Assembly: GCA_951406725.2 (NCBI GenBank)
Contig: OX597815.1
Span: forward strand, 35,464,001-35,528,000
From: Octopus vulgaris
Lineage: Eukaryota
DNA: 64,000 bases
Reading direction: 5' to 3'
Shown: positions 45,676 through 58,730 of the stretch, piece after piece
Numbering within the stretch: position 1 is the stretch's first letter
Layout: each line of letters begins with the position of its first letter
Notes under the pieces: model-generated
Told to the model about the DNA's origin: nothing
What the model saw: only the letters and a program-made list of their open reading frames with translations
Database searches by the model: none
Translations under genes and position numbers: made by a program

Positions 45676-45903
45676 TTGAGTGAGGGGCATTGTATACCAT
45701 CAAAGTGATACTGGGGTAAAATATCTGAATCCCAGTATAGCCATCATGACTACCCGTCTAATCGGGGTACACCAGGCACACGAATCACAACTATATGACC
45801 TTGCAGGTGAGACCCAGTTAGAATTTTCTTCGGGTCGAATAGCCCATCCCGCTTAAAAGGTCCCTGCATAAGGGTTGTTTAACTATGTTTAACGATATAC
45901 CCA
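45676..45903. mobile_element. Partial copy of the TTA-inserted element at 23132
   Basis: TTGAGTGAG...CCATCAAAGTGA.ACTGGGGTAAAATAT...CATCATGACTACCCGTCT...AAAAGGTCCCTG.ATAAGGGTTGTTTAA is shared, with an internal deletion. Confidence 0.85.
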
Positions 45904-45904
45904 C

Positions 45905-47295
45905 TACTACAGGTGCTGTTGTTGCTGCAGGCATTCTAGCTTCTATTATTCTGTCAGTCTGAATGTTAAGATCCCACATCTTATAGTTCTTACTTTCTAG
46001 CGCTTTACTAGAATCACTTTCATACCACTTATCAGTATGATCACATCCTAGCTTTCTAAATAACTCCCAGTGGACGATTCTCCCTAGGTTTCATGTCCTT
46101 TTTGTAGTTCTTCTGTACCAGCATACTACATTCACTAGCTATACGAGTGACACCTTCCTCCTTTAAGTTACATAACCTACACTGGAAATCTACCTAATTA
46201 TTAATCTCCCTCGGTTTTTATCTAGTTAGTCCTCAATACCTGATCTTGTGCTGCTACTAACAAACTTTCTGTTTCTCTTTTCAACCTTCCTTTCTGCAAC
46301 CACAATCATTACTATTTTCTGCAAATATCTTTGCAAATCTACAATGCAAAGCCTTCTCTAACCAGTCAGATGATCTTGCTTCCTTTTTCCGGTTTCTAAC
46401 TGCATTTGACTTTTTGGTTTCCCTATCTCCTACTTTTACACTAGCAGCTCTTGATAAGATTTCCTCACTCTTACCTGCATAGGAGGCTATATCTACTGAT
46501 ATTTAACTTCTTCCACCTTCTTTTCTAGATAAATGTAACCTTGCTACTCCTACTCTAGGGTGAACTCCTTCATTCATACTGAATTCTTTCCTAGTTTTTC
46601 TGCCTATATCTGCTAATTTAAGTTTTGCCCAATTTACAAAACCTGCTGACTAAGTAACGATACTGCCCAAATATTTACAGCCTTCACTAGATTCGGACCA
46701 TTTAACTTCGACTTCATTAATTTCGTCATCCTTCTAATTTACTCCTCAACTATCTCTTTCATTTCTATAGTTAGTACTCTGTCAGATTCTAAAACTCCGA
46801 GATACTTCTAACTTTCACCTTCTTTAAACGATTTTAATGTCTGGTCATCTGGTAACTGAAGGCCTTCACTGCTGACTACCTGTTCTTTTTTATGACTAAT
46901 ATCACGTTCTTATCTATGCCAAATTCCAGGGCTACCTTGTCGTGACTGTGCTTTTACTCTTTCTGCACAAAACTGCCACAAGCGCTAACGATGTGAGACC
47001 TTCTTCCTACACATTCTGAAGAGGTTCGTTTCACTTATGTGGTATCCCTTTTCACTGACTTGGTATTCAATGCCTGGCCCTGGGCAGCGATGTTCAAGCT
47101 TTCAGTGCTCTTTTTAAGGTCACCTTTGCTGAGCCACATTGTTGTTAGTTTAAGTTGTTAGTTTAGCGATGAAAGATAAAACTGACCATGTAGTTCCATT
47201 CGGAGTAGTGCTTCTTCTCTCTCGTTGGCTATTCGTGAACGGAATTCATTTGCACTCTCAACTTCATTGTTGGTAAAACCTTCTGCATTAACAGC
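45905..47295 (-). pseudogene. Two decayed R4/Dong-like LINE fragments
   Basis: KRETESLLVAAQDQ, the zinc-knuckle remnant CRLCNLKEEGVTRIASEC and WDLNIQTDRIIEARMP (45930-46290). The second fragment has ELHGQF and IAAQGQA (46935-47295). Confidence 0.75.
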
Positions 47296-47452
47296 AGGTT
47301 CTGAGTTCAAATTCTGCCGAGGCTGATGTTGCCAGACATCTTTTCGGGGTCGATAAAAATAAGTAGCAGTTGAACACTGGGATCGATGCAGTCGACTTAC
47401 CCCCTCTCCTTCAAGAATTGCTGGACCTATGTACCAAAATTTGAAACCACTA
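47296..47452 (+). mobile_element. SINE body (family of 23773), 5'-truncated
   Basis: GTTCTGAGTTCAAATTCTGCCGAGG...CGGGGTCGATAAAATAAGTA...AAATTTGAAACCA followed by (TTA)n. Confidence 0.8.
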
Positions 47453-47686
47453 TTATTATTAGTCGCTGCTGACCGAAGCATGTGTTAATTACAAGTTGCT
47501 CTCTCGGAAACAAAGGGTTTTAACTAATAAAGAGTTTTGTTTTGATTTCTTCTGTCTTTTTTTTTCTACCAAAACTAATCGCATAGAGATAACTTCCTAA
47601 AAATTGGAATCTCCACCTACTAGAGTTGGGAAAAGAAAAACTAAGATTTGTGCTTCAATTTTTGAACCAAGTTTTTCTATAATATT

Positions 47687-47803
<117 letters not shown>

Positions 47804-48640
47804 GGCTACGAATGTTCTGAGTGACGCCCCCAAAAAGAAAACTGATAATTAACAAAATAACACATTTCATTAAACAGAATACAGACAGGAAAAGATTAGT
47901 ATGTTGATCGCACAGCAAAATATTAATGGTGATCATGATCAAAAACAAAACACTATTTTAACATCCAGTTTGAATATCTCTGCTGAAAATGCCGACAAAA
48001 ACAACAACAGCTCTGTCACATACACACTGTCTTTGTCAAACGAAAGCATTTCGACGTTATCGCCTAGTAACAGCATCTTCGCTAGTATTTTAAATAATAC
48101 AGAATTCCTGGACATGAAACTTTTTTTTGTAGAAAAAAGTCAATTTGGAAAAGACACGTTTCTCAAAACAGCATCTCACTCGTCGAGTAAGCAAAGAAAA
48201 ATGTAGTCTACTTCTATTTCTTAAAAGATGGAGAATATTTTCAAATACTCTCAAAAGTACAGTTGGTTTAATCAACAGTTCTCTGTCCCTAATTTGTGAC
48301 ATTGTCCCTAAATTAGAAATAATTATATACTAGTGGGAGCCTGGGAAATTCCACAGAATGAAACAGATTAAGAGAAGATACTTAAGAGAGAAAGGATGAT
48401 TTGCATTTTCATTTTTATTTGGCTAAGTTATTTCACTTCTAGTCATAATAATGATATATTAGAGGATTTTAAGATTCCTCTCTTCTAGGCACTTTAACAT
48501 TTCTCTCTTTCTCTTCACCTCTCACTTCCACTAACTCTCTCTCACTCTCTATCTCTCTCTTAATGTAACTGCCTCCCTTGCCCATCTCCCTTTATCTGCC
48601 TTTTTTTAACCTCACCACCAGAACATTACTCTCTGATAGT

Positions 48641-48960
48641 GAAGGCGCGTGGCTTAGTGGTTAGGGCATTCGGCTCATGATCGTAAGGTTGTGAGTTCGA
48701 TTCCCGGCGACGCGTTGTGTCCTTGAGCAAGACACTTCATTTCACGCTGCTCTAATCTACTCAGCTAGCAAAAATGAGTTGTACCTGTAATTCAAGGGGC
48801 CAGCCTTGTCACACTCTGTGTCACGCTGAATCGCCTTGCGAACTACGTTAAGGGTACACGTGTCTGTAGAATGCTCAGCCATTTGCACGTTAATTTCACG
48901 AGCAAGCTGTTCCGTTGATCGTATCAGCTGGGACTCTCGTCGTCGTAACCGACGGAGTGC
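48641..48960 (+). mobile_element. Full-length tRNA-derived CORE-like SINE
   Basis: A box TGGCTTAGTGG, B box GAGTTCGATTCC and TGTGTCCTTGAGCAAGACACTT. CTCTCTGATA occurs on both sides as a possible TSD. Confidence 0.9.
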
Positions 48961-49259
48961 TCCTTTCCTCTCTGATAAGTATTGTATCCCCAACATATCT
49001 CTTTTCCTTTGCCTTTCCTTAAAGTATGACAGCAGAGCAATGATAAAACCAAACAATACTAAATGCGGCGGAGACATGTCTATATCGTAAGACGCATGCT
49101 TCCCAACCACAGGGTTCCCAGTTTAGTCCCACTACATTGGACCTTGAGCAAGTTTCTTCTATAACCCCGGGCAGACCAAAGCCTTGAGCAGATTTGTCGA
49201 CAGAAACTGAAAGTCTGTCATATGTGTGTGGAGTGGGGTGTTATATAGATATAGATGTA

Positions 49260-52200
49260 TATGATGATGGACTCTCCTGACGTGTTCGACGTATGAGGCT
49301 CCGACAACGTACTCTTTCTTTGCCATTCATAATGCCTATATCGAATGTGACATTTAAGTCACGTCAACGATTTGCAAAAAAGGCCACAGATGTTACAAGT
49401 ATGAGGATTACAGGTCAGTGCAGATGATATATTTGCAGCCGCTTTTTTCCTTTGCCTTGCACCCCGAAGCCTGTTAATGCTGGTTGCAACAAAGTTTTTA
49501 ATACAATTTTAATTTTGACACAACGATCTCCATTTTGTTCGTCCCGAGGCTGTTCACTCAAAGGTGTTGTGAGCTATCTTCATCTCTAAGACGTTACTCT
49601 TCAGCTTGTCCTTATATCTGATCCATGGTCGACCAATATTCCTGTGCTCACTCTCAGGCAGGCTGTACATGAGGACTTTGGATATTCTTTCGTTACTCAT
49701 TCTAACGATATGGCCAACCCAGCGCAATTGGAAGCTCTCAATTCCACCAATCTTACACTTGCTAAACAAGTCGGCATTAGAAACTTTGTCTTTAGGGAAT
49801 AACCGCAGATTGTCCTCAAACAGTCTTTGTAGAAGATGTCCAGTTGGTTAATGTGTCATCTAAAGGGTATCCACGATTCTGAGCCATACAAGAGAGTAGT
49901 AAGGATGGCTACTTTATAGACCTGTACTTTGGTGTCAAGAAGTTTCATGCTCCTTTCATTCCCTAGGCGATGACAGAGTTTGCCAAGTGCGCTGGGTGCC
50001 TTTGCAAGACGGTTGGCGATTTCATCATCAATGGAAGCACTCAAATTCACTTTACTACCAAGATATGTAAACGGCTTCACATAATTTAGGCTTTTTTCCA
50101 TCAACCTGTATAGGAGTGTCAGGGAAATTGTGAACCGGTGGCTTCAACTTGACACCTCGAATTTGTTTAGGAATAGGGCAAGGCTGGTGTCTTCCGTCTT
50201 CTTTATGCTGATGGTCAGACCAAAGGCTAATGTGTCATTTTCTGTTAAGGAGTAACTTAGCGATTCGATAAACACGAAATGACAAAATAAGTGCCTATTT
50301 GAAATAAGAATAAGGGGTGATATTCTTTTCTACTCTAGGCACAAGGCTCGAAATTTTGGAAGAGTAGCTAGTCGATTAGATCGCCCCCAGTATGCAGCTA
50401 GTACTTAATTTATCGACCCTGAAAGGATGAGAAGCAAAGTCGACCTCGGCAGAAAACCGGTCTAGAAATTCCTGGGCTTCCTCTAAGGATGTCGCTACTA
50501 GTGCAGCAGCATCTGCAAAATGTAGATAACGAATGATACTGATGTGTAGCAGTGGTCTGGCTTTGAAACGCTGATGATTGAATAGTCCACTACTTGTTCG
50601 AAGCTGGAATTTGATACTACTTTGTACGTAGTCAAAAGTATACCTCAGCGTCACCGAAAAACAAAGAGTGCAAACAAAACAGAGGCCATAACACAATCTT
50701 GCTTTGTGCCGTTTTATAACGTCGAAGGAAGCCGAAGATTCCCCACCAGACACGACAGCAGCCTTCATTCCTTCATGAAAAGAGACGATAACATTCAACA
50801 TCTTGTCAGGTATACCAAGCTTTTCCAGAACTTTCCATAGTGCTTGCCAGTTAACAGTGTTGAAGGCCTTAGTAAGGTCAATGAATGCCATGAACAACTC
50901 TTGTACCTTCTCCATGACTTGTCGGAGGTAAAAGATCATGTCGATAGTGCCACGACCAGAGCGAAATCCGCACTGTGATTCTGGGTAGACATCATTTACA
51001 ACGTGTTTGATGATCCTGTTGAGAATGAGCCGAGCAAGAATCTTACCAGCAAAAGACAGAAGCGATATTCCACGGTGGTTATCACAGACACTTCTGTTTC
51101 CTTTGTTCTTTTAAAGATGTTGAATCGAAGCATCCTTGAAGTCCTGTGGTACACGGCCTACCATCCAAATCTTTATGAAGAGATCATGCAAATTCTCAAA
51201 AGCGTCTTTCCACCATGTTTGTAGATTTCAGAAGGAATAACATCCCTGCAAGGTGCTTTACCAGAAGAGATCTGTTTAATAAAGTTTACCACTTCCAGAA
51301 AGGTTGGCTCCAGAGACAGTTCCGGTATTTCAGTTTCCAGGAAGGTTGTCTCCAGAGACAGTTCCGGTTTTTTAGTGTGCTGTGGGACAGATATTATGAC
51401 GTCATCATTAGTGACTGAGGTGGAGTTCAACACGGCTTCCAAGTGATCTTTCCATCGTTTCAAGATGTGAGATTTGTCGGTCAGCAGTGTCTCTCTATTC
51501 GATGAAAAATTAGGAGTAACACTGTGCTCTTGAGGATCATTCACTTTCTTGAGGCCATCATAAAAGGCTTTAGAATCCTTTCTGTCTGCAGCTTCTTGGA
51601 GGTCAGTAGCCTTGAAAGACCACCAAGCCTCCTTCATCTGTCTAAGAGCATGTTACACCTGGCCTCTGCATTTCTTGCAGGTATTCTCTTTTCTGGATGA
51701 GCTCTTATCATTTATCCATGTTTTGTAAAAGTTGTGCATTTTATCTATCAACTGTTGGACATCTGTGTTGTTATTGTTGAACCAATATTGATGTTTACGA
51801 ACAGGAATTTCAAGAATCTCTACAGATGCAGTGTGCGTTGCATCACGCAAAACTTTCCAAGATGATTCTATGTCATCATTGATATCAACAATGTTGAGTG
51901 CAGTGTCCAACTTGATAGAGAGTTCAGCCTACTTTTCAACAGTTTCCAAAGGCAGAACATTAATGTGCTTAGGCACTGATGACTTTTGTAGTCTTGTGTG
52001 TTTCTGATGGAACGTAACCTTACTACGGAGAAGAGAATGGTCAGTGATATAGCAGGCGTTATGAAAAGAACGTGTAATGTTAAAGTTCCTAATATCTCGT
52101 TTCTTAGTGATAACATAGTCTATGAGATGCCAATCCTTAGATCTAGGATGCATCCAGGTCATCTTGCAATCATTTTGCTGTTGAAAAAAAGGTATTTGTG

Positions 52201-52513
52201 GTGCTTAGACTGAATTCTCTGCAGATGGAGAGCACACGCAGACCGCTGGAGTGATGATAACACGAATATGGTGCACATATGTGCCACGATACCAAGAACA
52301 ACACACCTCGGGCTTTTCTTCAGAGGTTTTCATCTCCTAGACGAGCCACTATAAACAAACTGAAGAGCCTAGTCTACCCTATGGGTCAGAGTTTGCTGAC
52401 AATATACAGCTTGTTAAGGAGACCCTCAGCAACAAAAGACCTGGTTTTATATCTGCGTATCCCTCTCCTAGATGGGATGCCTTCACCACTGTTAAGGAGG
52501 GCCATCTTCCCCC
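49260..52513 (-). mobile_element. RTE-clade LINE, near full-length but decayed, with a SINE insertion at ~50320-50450
   Basis: TWMHPRSKDWHLIDYV (APE endonuclease end), GKAPCRDVIPSEIYKHGG, FIDLTKAF, FADAAAL, FTYLGS, LLYGSESW and QLRWVGHIVRM occur in order. It ends in (CAT)n on the minus strand. The N-terminal endonuclease half is missing, and the putative 5' UTR is 52270-52513. Confidence 0.9.
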
Positions 52514-52541
52514 TAATATATAGAATTGAATACATCAGAAA

Positions 52542-52582
<41 letters not shown>

Positions 52583-52636
52583 GGCGGTGCCCCAGCATGG
52601 CCACAGCTCATTAGCTGAAACTGGAAAAATCAAAAT

Positions 52637-52735
<99 letters not shown>

Positions 52736-53760
52736 TGTGTTGTTTTTGTATGTATGTATACACACATACGTATGTGTGTGTGTTAGCGTTTGTGTTTGTG
52801 TACCACTATCACTGGAACGACAGATGTTCGTTTGTTTATGCTTAGTAACCTAGCGGTTCGGTCAAAGGGACCGATAGACTAAAACCCTTCAAGTGTTTCC
52901 CCAGCATGGCTACATTCCAGTAACTGAAACAAGTGAAAGAAGAAAAGGATGAAAGAATATATATTCCATCTTCCGTCTTTCATTTGCCGTGTGTGTGTGT
53001 GTGGTGGGGTGCGTGTGTCCATATATAAACGTATATTTACATATACGTGTCTGGATTGTCAATCAGTGGGCGCGAGACCCTACAGCCAGATCCGAGAACT
53101 ATAAATGGCCTGTTATCTCTCTATTCTCCATTTTTTCAATTTAAGGTGCTGCAAACAATTATGGTTTCTGATCACAGTGAGACTAAAACTTTAGCACCCA
53201 CTTATTGACAAACCAGACATGCCTTATCTTCTTGTCAAAAACTCCATTACTCGATTTGGATATATTTATGTAAACTAATTTTTATCTTCTTATCATTGTA
53301 AAACATTTTATTACTTAATCTCAATGTTTTTATGTAAACTATTTATTGACTCATCACAGAGGATATGCAAAGCCTCAAACTTATATATATATATATCATG
53401 TGATCGACCAGATTATCGGATTTTCACAATGCTAGCTTTCGAATGATACTAGCTTTCGAATGACTAGGCGAACAGGACAACATTCCCCACTGATCGGAAG
53501 ACTAATCCGCCACGGGGTTGCCCACTTACTGTTGAGTGGACCGGAGCAACGTGAAGTGAAGTGTTTTGTTCAAGAGCACAACACGATCACTAGATCGTAA
53601 GTGCAACATCTTGACCACTGGGCCACGCACCTGCACACACACAACACACACACACACATGGTTGCACCGATAACCAGCTGACGGAGAATCTGCCTGCGGT
53701 TAAACTAGTAGTAACATGGAATAGCCATTTTGATGTAGCGACTGACTTTATATATATATA

Positions 53761-54152
53761 CTAGCAGTATCTCTCGGCGTTGCTCGGGTTTGTTTCAACC
53801 CTTTAGAATTGGAATTTTTGAAAAGTAAAAATTTTGCATTATGTAGCTTGTTATTCTCTTTAAGTGAACATTTTTCTGGTTGAAATACACCGAAAAATGG
53901 CGACACATCAGAAAAAAATCGTTAAAAAATAGGGATTTTCATAGAAAAAAAGCACCTTTTTGATGTAAATAATTTTTGGTGTTAACATGGTCCAATTTGA
54001 AATTTTTCTTCTACGGAAGGAAGAGCAAGCCTTCTTCTATCATACTTGCAATTTTGGTCAACCTGTGCCGCAGGGTCTCGGAGGAGATAGTGTTAGTTGG
54101 AGGCTACCAAACCTGCCATACACAGACAACTTCAGCTTTATATAGAGAGAGA
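53761..54152 (-). mobile_element. Non-autonomous Helitron
   Basis: The minus strand starts A|TCTCTCTCTATATAAAG and ends with the hairpin CCGAGCAACGCCGAG then CTAG|T. It is inserted between A and T with no TSD. Confidence 0.8.
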
Positions 54153-54233
54153 TATATTCGAACGAATGAGTACCCAGTTCTTGTAGAGGATATATGGTTT
54201 TTTTGTTTTTTTAAAACTGACACTGAGAGTTTG

Positions 54234-54276
54234 TTTTGCGACTTGAGTTTCACACTTCTGCTATCATCAGGCAAAA
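54234..54276 (-). ncRNA. Minimal type I hammerhead-like motif in a probable PLE 3' end (54153-54300)
   Basis: Minus strand reads TTTTGC-CTGATGA-TAGCAGAAGTGT-GAAA-CTCAAG-TC-GCAAAA. Perfect stem I, intact core, GUC site, weak stem II. A GGGTACTCA tail motif lies downstream. Confidence 0.65.
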
Positions 54277-54918
54277 GGGCTTAATAAAAATGAATAAAAT
54301 CAGATTTAGAGCAATAAGCTATGATATATATAATTATAGTTAGAATGAATTTACACTGGGAAATATAAACAGGTATTTTATATTCAAATAAATACATACC
54401 TACATAATATATACATATATTCATATACTTACATACAACACACATACACACACATGCGCGAGTGTGTGTGTGGGTGTGTGGGTGTGTGTGGGTGTGTTTT
54501 ATATATTTTTTTCTCCGTATGCGAATGCAATGCATGTTTCTAGCAGTTACAAGTATTAAAAGATATTGTCGTTAGCTTAAGACAGCTGTAAATGGATACT
54601 GATAATGTACGAGGTTGGTTCTGTTGAAACGGAGAAGTTAAGTCGGACAATAATAGAAGCAGACGAAATGTCGAGAAATTAGTTAAAATGCTTCCTGCCA
54701 GCAAAATACCATGCTTTACAGAAACGGCCGCAATTCCTGAAATTAACATTTGAGAAAGCAAGTCACGAATATCACTTCTAAAAACTCTTCCCTGTCCTGG
54801 TAAAAAAAAAAAGAATCAATTAACCAAACTAGGGACACTCCTGGTTACTAGCTTGTAGAGTACGTATATATATATATATATATATATATGGGGGAGGTGT
54901 GATTTGTGTCTGGGGGGT

Positions 54919-55246
54919 GAAGGCGCATGGCTCAGTGGTTAGAGCGTCGAGCTTACGATCGTGAGGTTGTGACGTTCGATTCCCGGACCGGGCTGTGTTG
55001 TGTTCTTGAGCAAGACACTTTATTTCACGTTGCTCCAGTTAACTCAGCTGTAGAAATGAGTTGCGACATCACTGGTGCCAAGCTGTATCGGCCTTTGCCT
55101 TTCCCCTTGGATAACATCAGTGGTGTGGAAGGCTGGTATGCATGGGCGACAGCTAGCCTTCCACAAACAATCTTGCTCGGACTTGTGCCTCGGAGGGTAA
55201 CTTTCTAGATGCAATCCCATGGTCATTCATGACCGAAGGGGGTCTC
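54919..55246 (+). mobile_element. tRNA-derived CORE-like SINE, third tail variant
   Basis: A box TGGCTCAGTGG, B box GTTCGATTCC and TGTGTTCTTGAGCAAGACACTT. Confidence 0.85.
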
Positions 55247-55308
<62 letters not shown>

Positions 55309-55593
55309 TGGGCCGACTCTTGATACACAGCCTATATAAGCTTATAAACCAGATCCAAAAATGTCGCCATCGCCGACTACCTACATTACTGGTGGTGTGT
55401 AAAGTTTATTTTCTCTGAATGATAGCATTAAGGATTTTCTGTATGAAACTTAGAAGTCGGAATTTGAAATTCTATTTAGATTCACGATCGAAATAACATC
55501 ATTTACTTCTCTGTAACCGACAAGTTGACTAATCTACGAATTTATTTTACAATCAACGTCCTCGCTATAATATGAGGTATGTCAATCTAATAT

Positions 55594-55807
55594 TGGTTTC
55601 AAATTTTGGCACAAGACCAGCAATTTCAAATTTTGGCACAAGACCAGCAAATCGACCCAAGTGTTCAACTGGTTCTTATTTAATCAACCCGGAAGAGATA
55701 AAAGACGAAGTCGACCTCGGCGGAATTCGAACTCAGAACGTAAAAACGGACGAAATACCGCTAAGCATTTTGCCCGGTGTTTTAACGATTCTACCAGCTC
55801 TTCGCTT
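55594..55807 (-). mobile_element. SINE (family of 23773) with a 16-bp target-site duplication
   Basis: TATGTCAATCTAATAT occurs at 55578-55593 and 55808-55823. There is an internal tandem duplication of TTTCAAATTTTGGCACAAGACCAGCAA. Confidence 0.9.
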
Positions 55808-57109
55808 TATGTCAATCTAATATAGGCGTAGTGAAATAAAAACTAAGATCGAGCTCTCCAGAGAAAAACCAAACTAGAAATAGAAAACATGATTTTGAAA
55901 TGGACTCAACTATTTACAATAATTTAGCTGCTATCAAACTTCTATCAGTTCCAACGCTGAATTACTGGTCTGAAAAGAAAACAACTCGAGTGACGACATT
56001 TAAATAACGTTATGTTTACAATCTTAGAATTATGAAGCGTCACGACGCAAACATACACCGTATAGAAATATAAACCAGGTGAACAGAGTAAATATATGTT
56101 TGCCAATACGATGACATTTGTATAAAAGAAAATATTTCGTTGAAAACTGAAAATTCACTTCTGTAAAAATAGTATAAATAAAATCGACAGTGATCAACAA
56201 AAACAAAGCAATATGCTATATAACTCAGAAACAATTTTTTTAAAAGATAGATAAAAAGCACTTATGTGATAAAAACATTTTCAATAAACAATTCAAAAAG
56301 AAATGTGTGACAAAAATATTCTTTACATCTCCACATATTGACAACGGGTTTGTCAAAAACAACAAACTGCTACAAAGATATTGAGAAGGAACGTAGTAAA
56401 GTCGAACATACTAAGAGCAATGACGGAAATAAAATATGAAAAACAAAATCTAAAGGAATAATTATAAATATATTGATATTAACTGAATTACGCTTGAATG
56501 AAATTGTATAGTCGTTATAAACACAACTGAATTGCCATTTGTTATGTTATCTGGTTTTGGAATCACAGCTGTTCTCGAGACGCCAGCTGAATGTCAGCAT
56601 AACCAGACATGTCACTGTAACCTCATCTTTTTAAGATTTCCGACTCGGTAACAAAACGATTGGTTGATAGTGATGGAAAGAGAATATATTGATATTTTGT
56701 CCTGAGTCAGAAAAGTGGTCGGCTCACCGACATAAGCGTGTCAAATGCTTCACTTTTGTTAACCTAATACTACTCTGGGGTAAGAGCTAAATAAGTGCTA
56801 TACCTAGTAGAATTTAATTAATTAGTTAATTAATTTTTGTTTAATTTAATGTCTCAGAAGCTTGTGAAATTATCGGTTCTTCACTGGTTTGTTGTTAGCG
56901 AGTGGACAACAGATGAATTTCAAAATGCCATCAGCTAATACAATATCCACCAGGCTTTTTAACATCCATCTAGATTCTACAAGTATTTGTTTAATCGATC
57001 ACTTACTTTCTAAAGGGATTAAAGGTTGAGATGACCTCTGCCAGTGATATCAAATAAGGATAAGGTTATTAGTTAATCATTCATTGAAATTTCGATCTTG
57101 AAACTGTAA

Positions 57110-58015
57110 AATACCAATTTCGTCGTTAGTTTGATTGCTGTTATCACCCCCAACTAATTTGTTCGTTGTTATCGGCCCCACCAGCATACTCATTCGTATT
57201 ATTCGCATCAATTTATTTATTGCAGGCACTCCCACCTATTTGTTTATTGATAGCAGGTCAAAGTATTCGTTGCTATGGCTTCCACCACTGTTCGTTGCTC
57301 TCACCCCTACCAGTTTGTTCGTTGCTATAGCTCCCAACAATTTCTTCGTTGCTCTCACCCCCACCAATATTTTCGTTGCTATATCTCCCCACCAAATTGT
57401 TCGTTATTATGGCTCCCAAGAATTTGTTCGATGCTCTCACCCTCATCAATTTGTTCGTTGCTATGCTCCACCCCCACTCACCCGCCACAATTTGTCTATT
57501 GTTTTGTTATTCTCACCCCCACATCAATTTCCTCGTTGCTGTGACTCCCAACAATTTCTTCGTGGCTCTCACACTCCCATCAAATTTGTTCGTAACTAGG
57601 ATTTTCACCAGCTTGTTGGTTGCTAACCCCAGAACAAATTTGTTCATTGCTAGCAACCTCACCAATTTGTACGTTGCTGACTCCCACCAATTTTTTCATT
57701 GCTAACTCCCTCACAATTTGTTCGCTGCTCTGACTACCAACAATTTGTTCGCTGTTCTGACTACCAACAATTTGTTCGCTACCCTTACCCCCATCAATTT
57801 GTTTGTTGCTATCTTCCCTACAAGATTGTCCCTTGATAGTGCTCTCGTTATTTTGTTCGGCGCTATCACCCATCAATTTTTTCATTACAGCTTCTAACAA
57901 ATATATTCGTTACTAGCATTTTCACCTGTTTGCTCGTTTCTAGTGCTCACACGAAAGTTATTCGTTCATAGCATTCCCATAAGTTTGTTCATTAATAACA
58001 CTCCCATAAATTTCT
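57110..58015. repeat. Degenerate ~27-bp minisatellite (consensus near CACTCCCACCAATTTGTTCGTTGCTAT), about 30 units
   Basis: CCAATTTGTTCGTTGCT recurs at ~27-bp spacing with many substitutions and indels. Confidence 0.85.
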
Positions 58016-58278
58016 TCTAACTATATCATTTTCTTTCTTGTTCTTTTACCAAGCAAGATGGTTTAGCGAAATCTAATTCGTATTTCGTTTTGCAGCAATG
58101 TACAACCAACCATTCATTATATATGGGCTTAATATTTTCCTGCGAGAAAATATTCCCTTGACTACTTCGGTTAGCTACTGTAAATAATTAGTAGTTATCG
58201 ATGTAAAACTGAGCTGCTACATTTGCAAATGGTTGAATCTAACGATGAAGTTTTTACTGGTTTTATTACAGTGCTGTC

Positions 58279-58730
58279 AAGGCGGTGAGCTGGCAAAATA
58301 GTTAGCACACTGGATAAAAGGATTTACTGTATTTTCTCCGCCTTTGCAGTCTGAGTTCTAATTCCACCGAGGTTGGCCTCGTTTTTCATCTTTTGGGGGT
58401 CGGTGAAATAAGTATCAGTTAAGCACTGAAGTTGATGAAATCGACTAGCGCCCCCACACACACACACACACACCTAAAGTTTCATGCTTTGTACTTATAG
58501 TAGAAAAGACTATTATAACGGAGTCAAGAAAGCGAATTTGCAGAATCGTTAGCAAGCCGGACAAAATGCTCAGTGGCATTTCTTACGACCTTATGTTTCG
58601 AGTTCAAATTCTGCTGAGGAAGACTTTATCTTTCATCCTTTCGGAATCAATAAAATAAGTACAAGGTCAATATAATCCACTAGTCTCCTCACCCAAAATT
58701 TCAGGTTTTGTGTCTCGAGTAGAATTATTA
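58279..58730 (+). mobile_element. Two old tandem SINE copies (family of 23773)
   Basis: AAGGCGGTGAGCTGGCA head, GAGTTC.AATTC B boxes and a TTTCATC.TTT.GG body, present twice. Confidence 0.7.

Noticed and set aside
47901-48206. 101-aa Ser/Asn-rich ORF in unique sequence
   Set aside because: No recognisable motif or splice support, and the length is compatible with chance.
48641-48715. tRNA genes at SINE heads (also 23773, 34990, 39150, 54919)
   Set aside because: A and B boxes are present, but there is no complete cloverleaf and each continues into a SINE body.
57110-58015. CRISPR-like repeat with variable spacers
   Set aside because: The variable parts are ~10 bp and homologous to each other, so this is a degenerate minisatellite.
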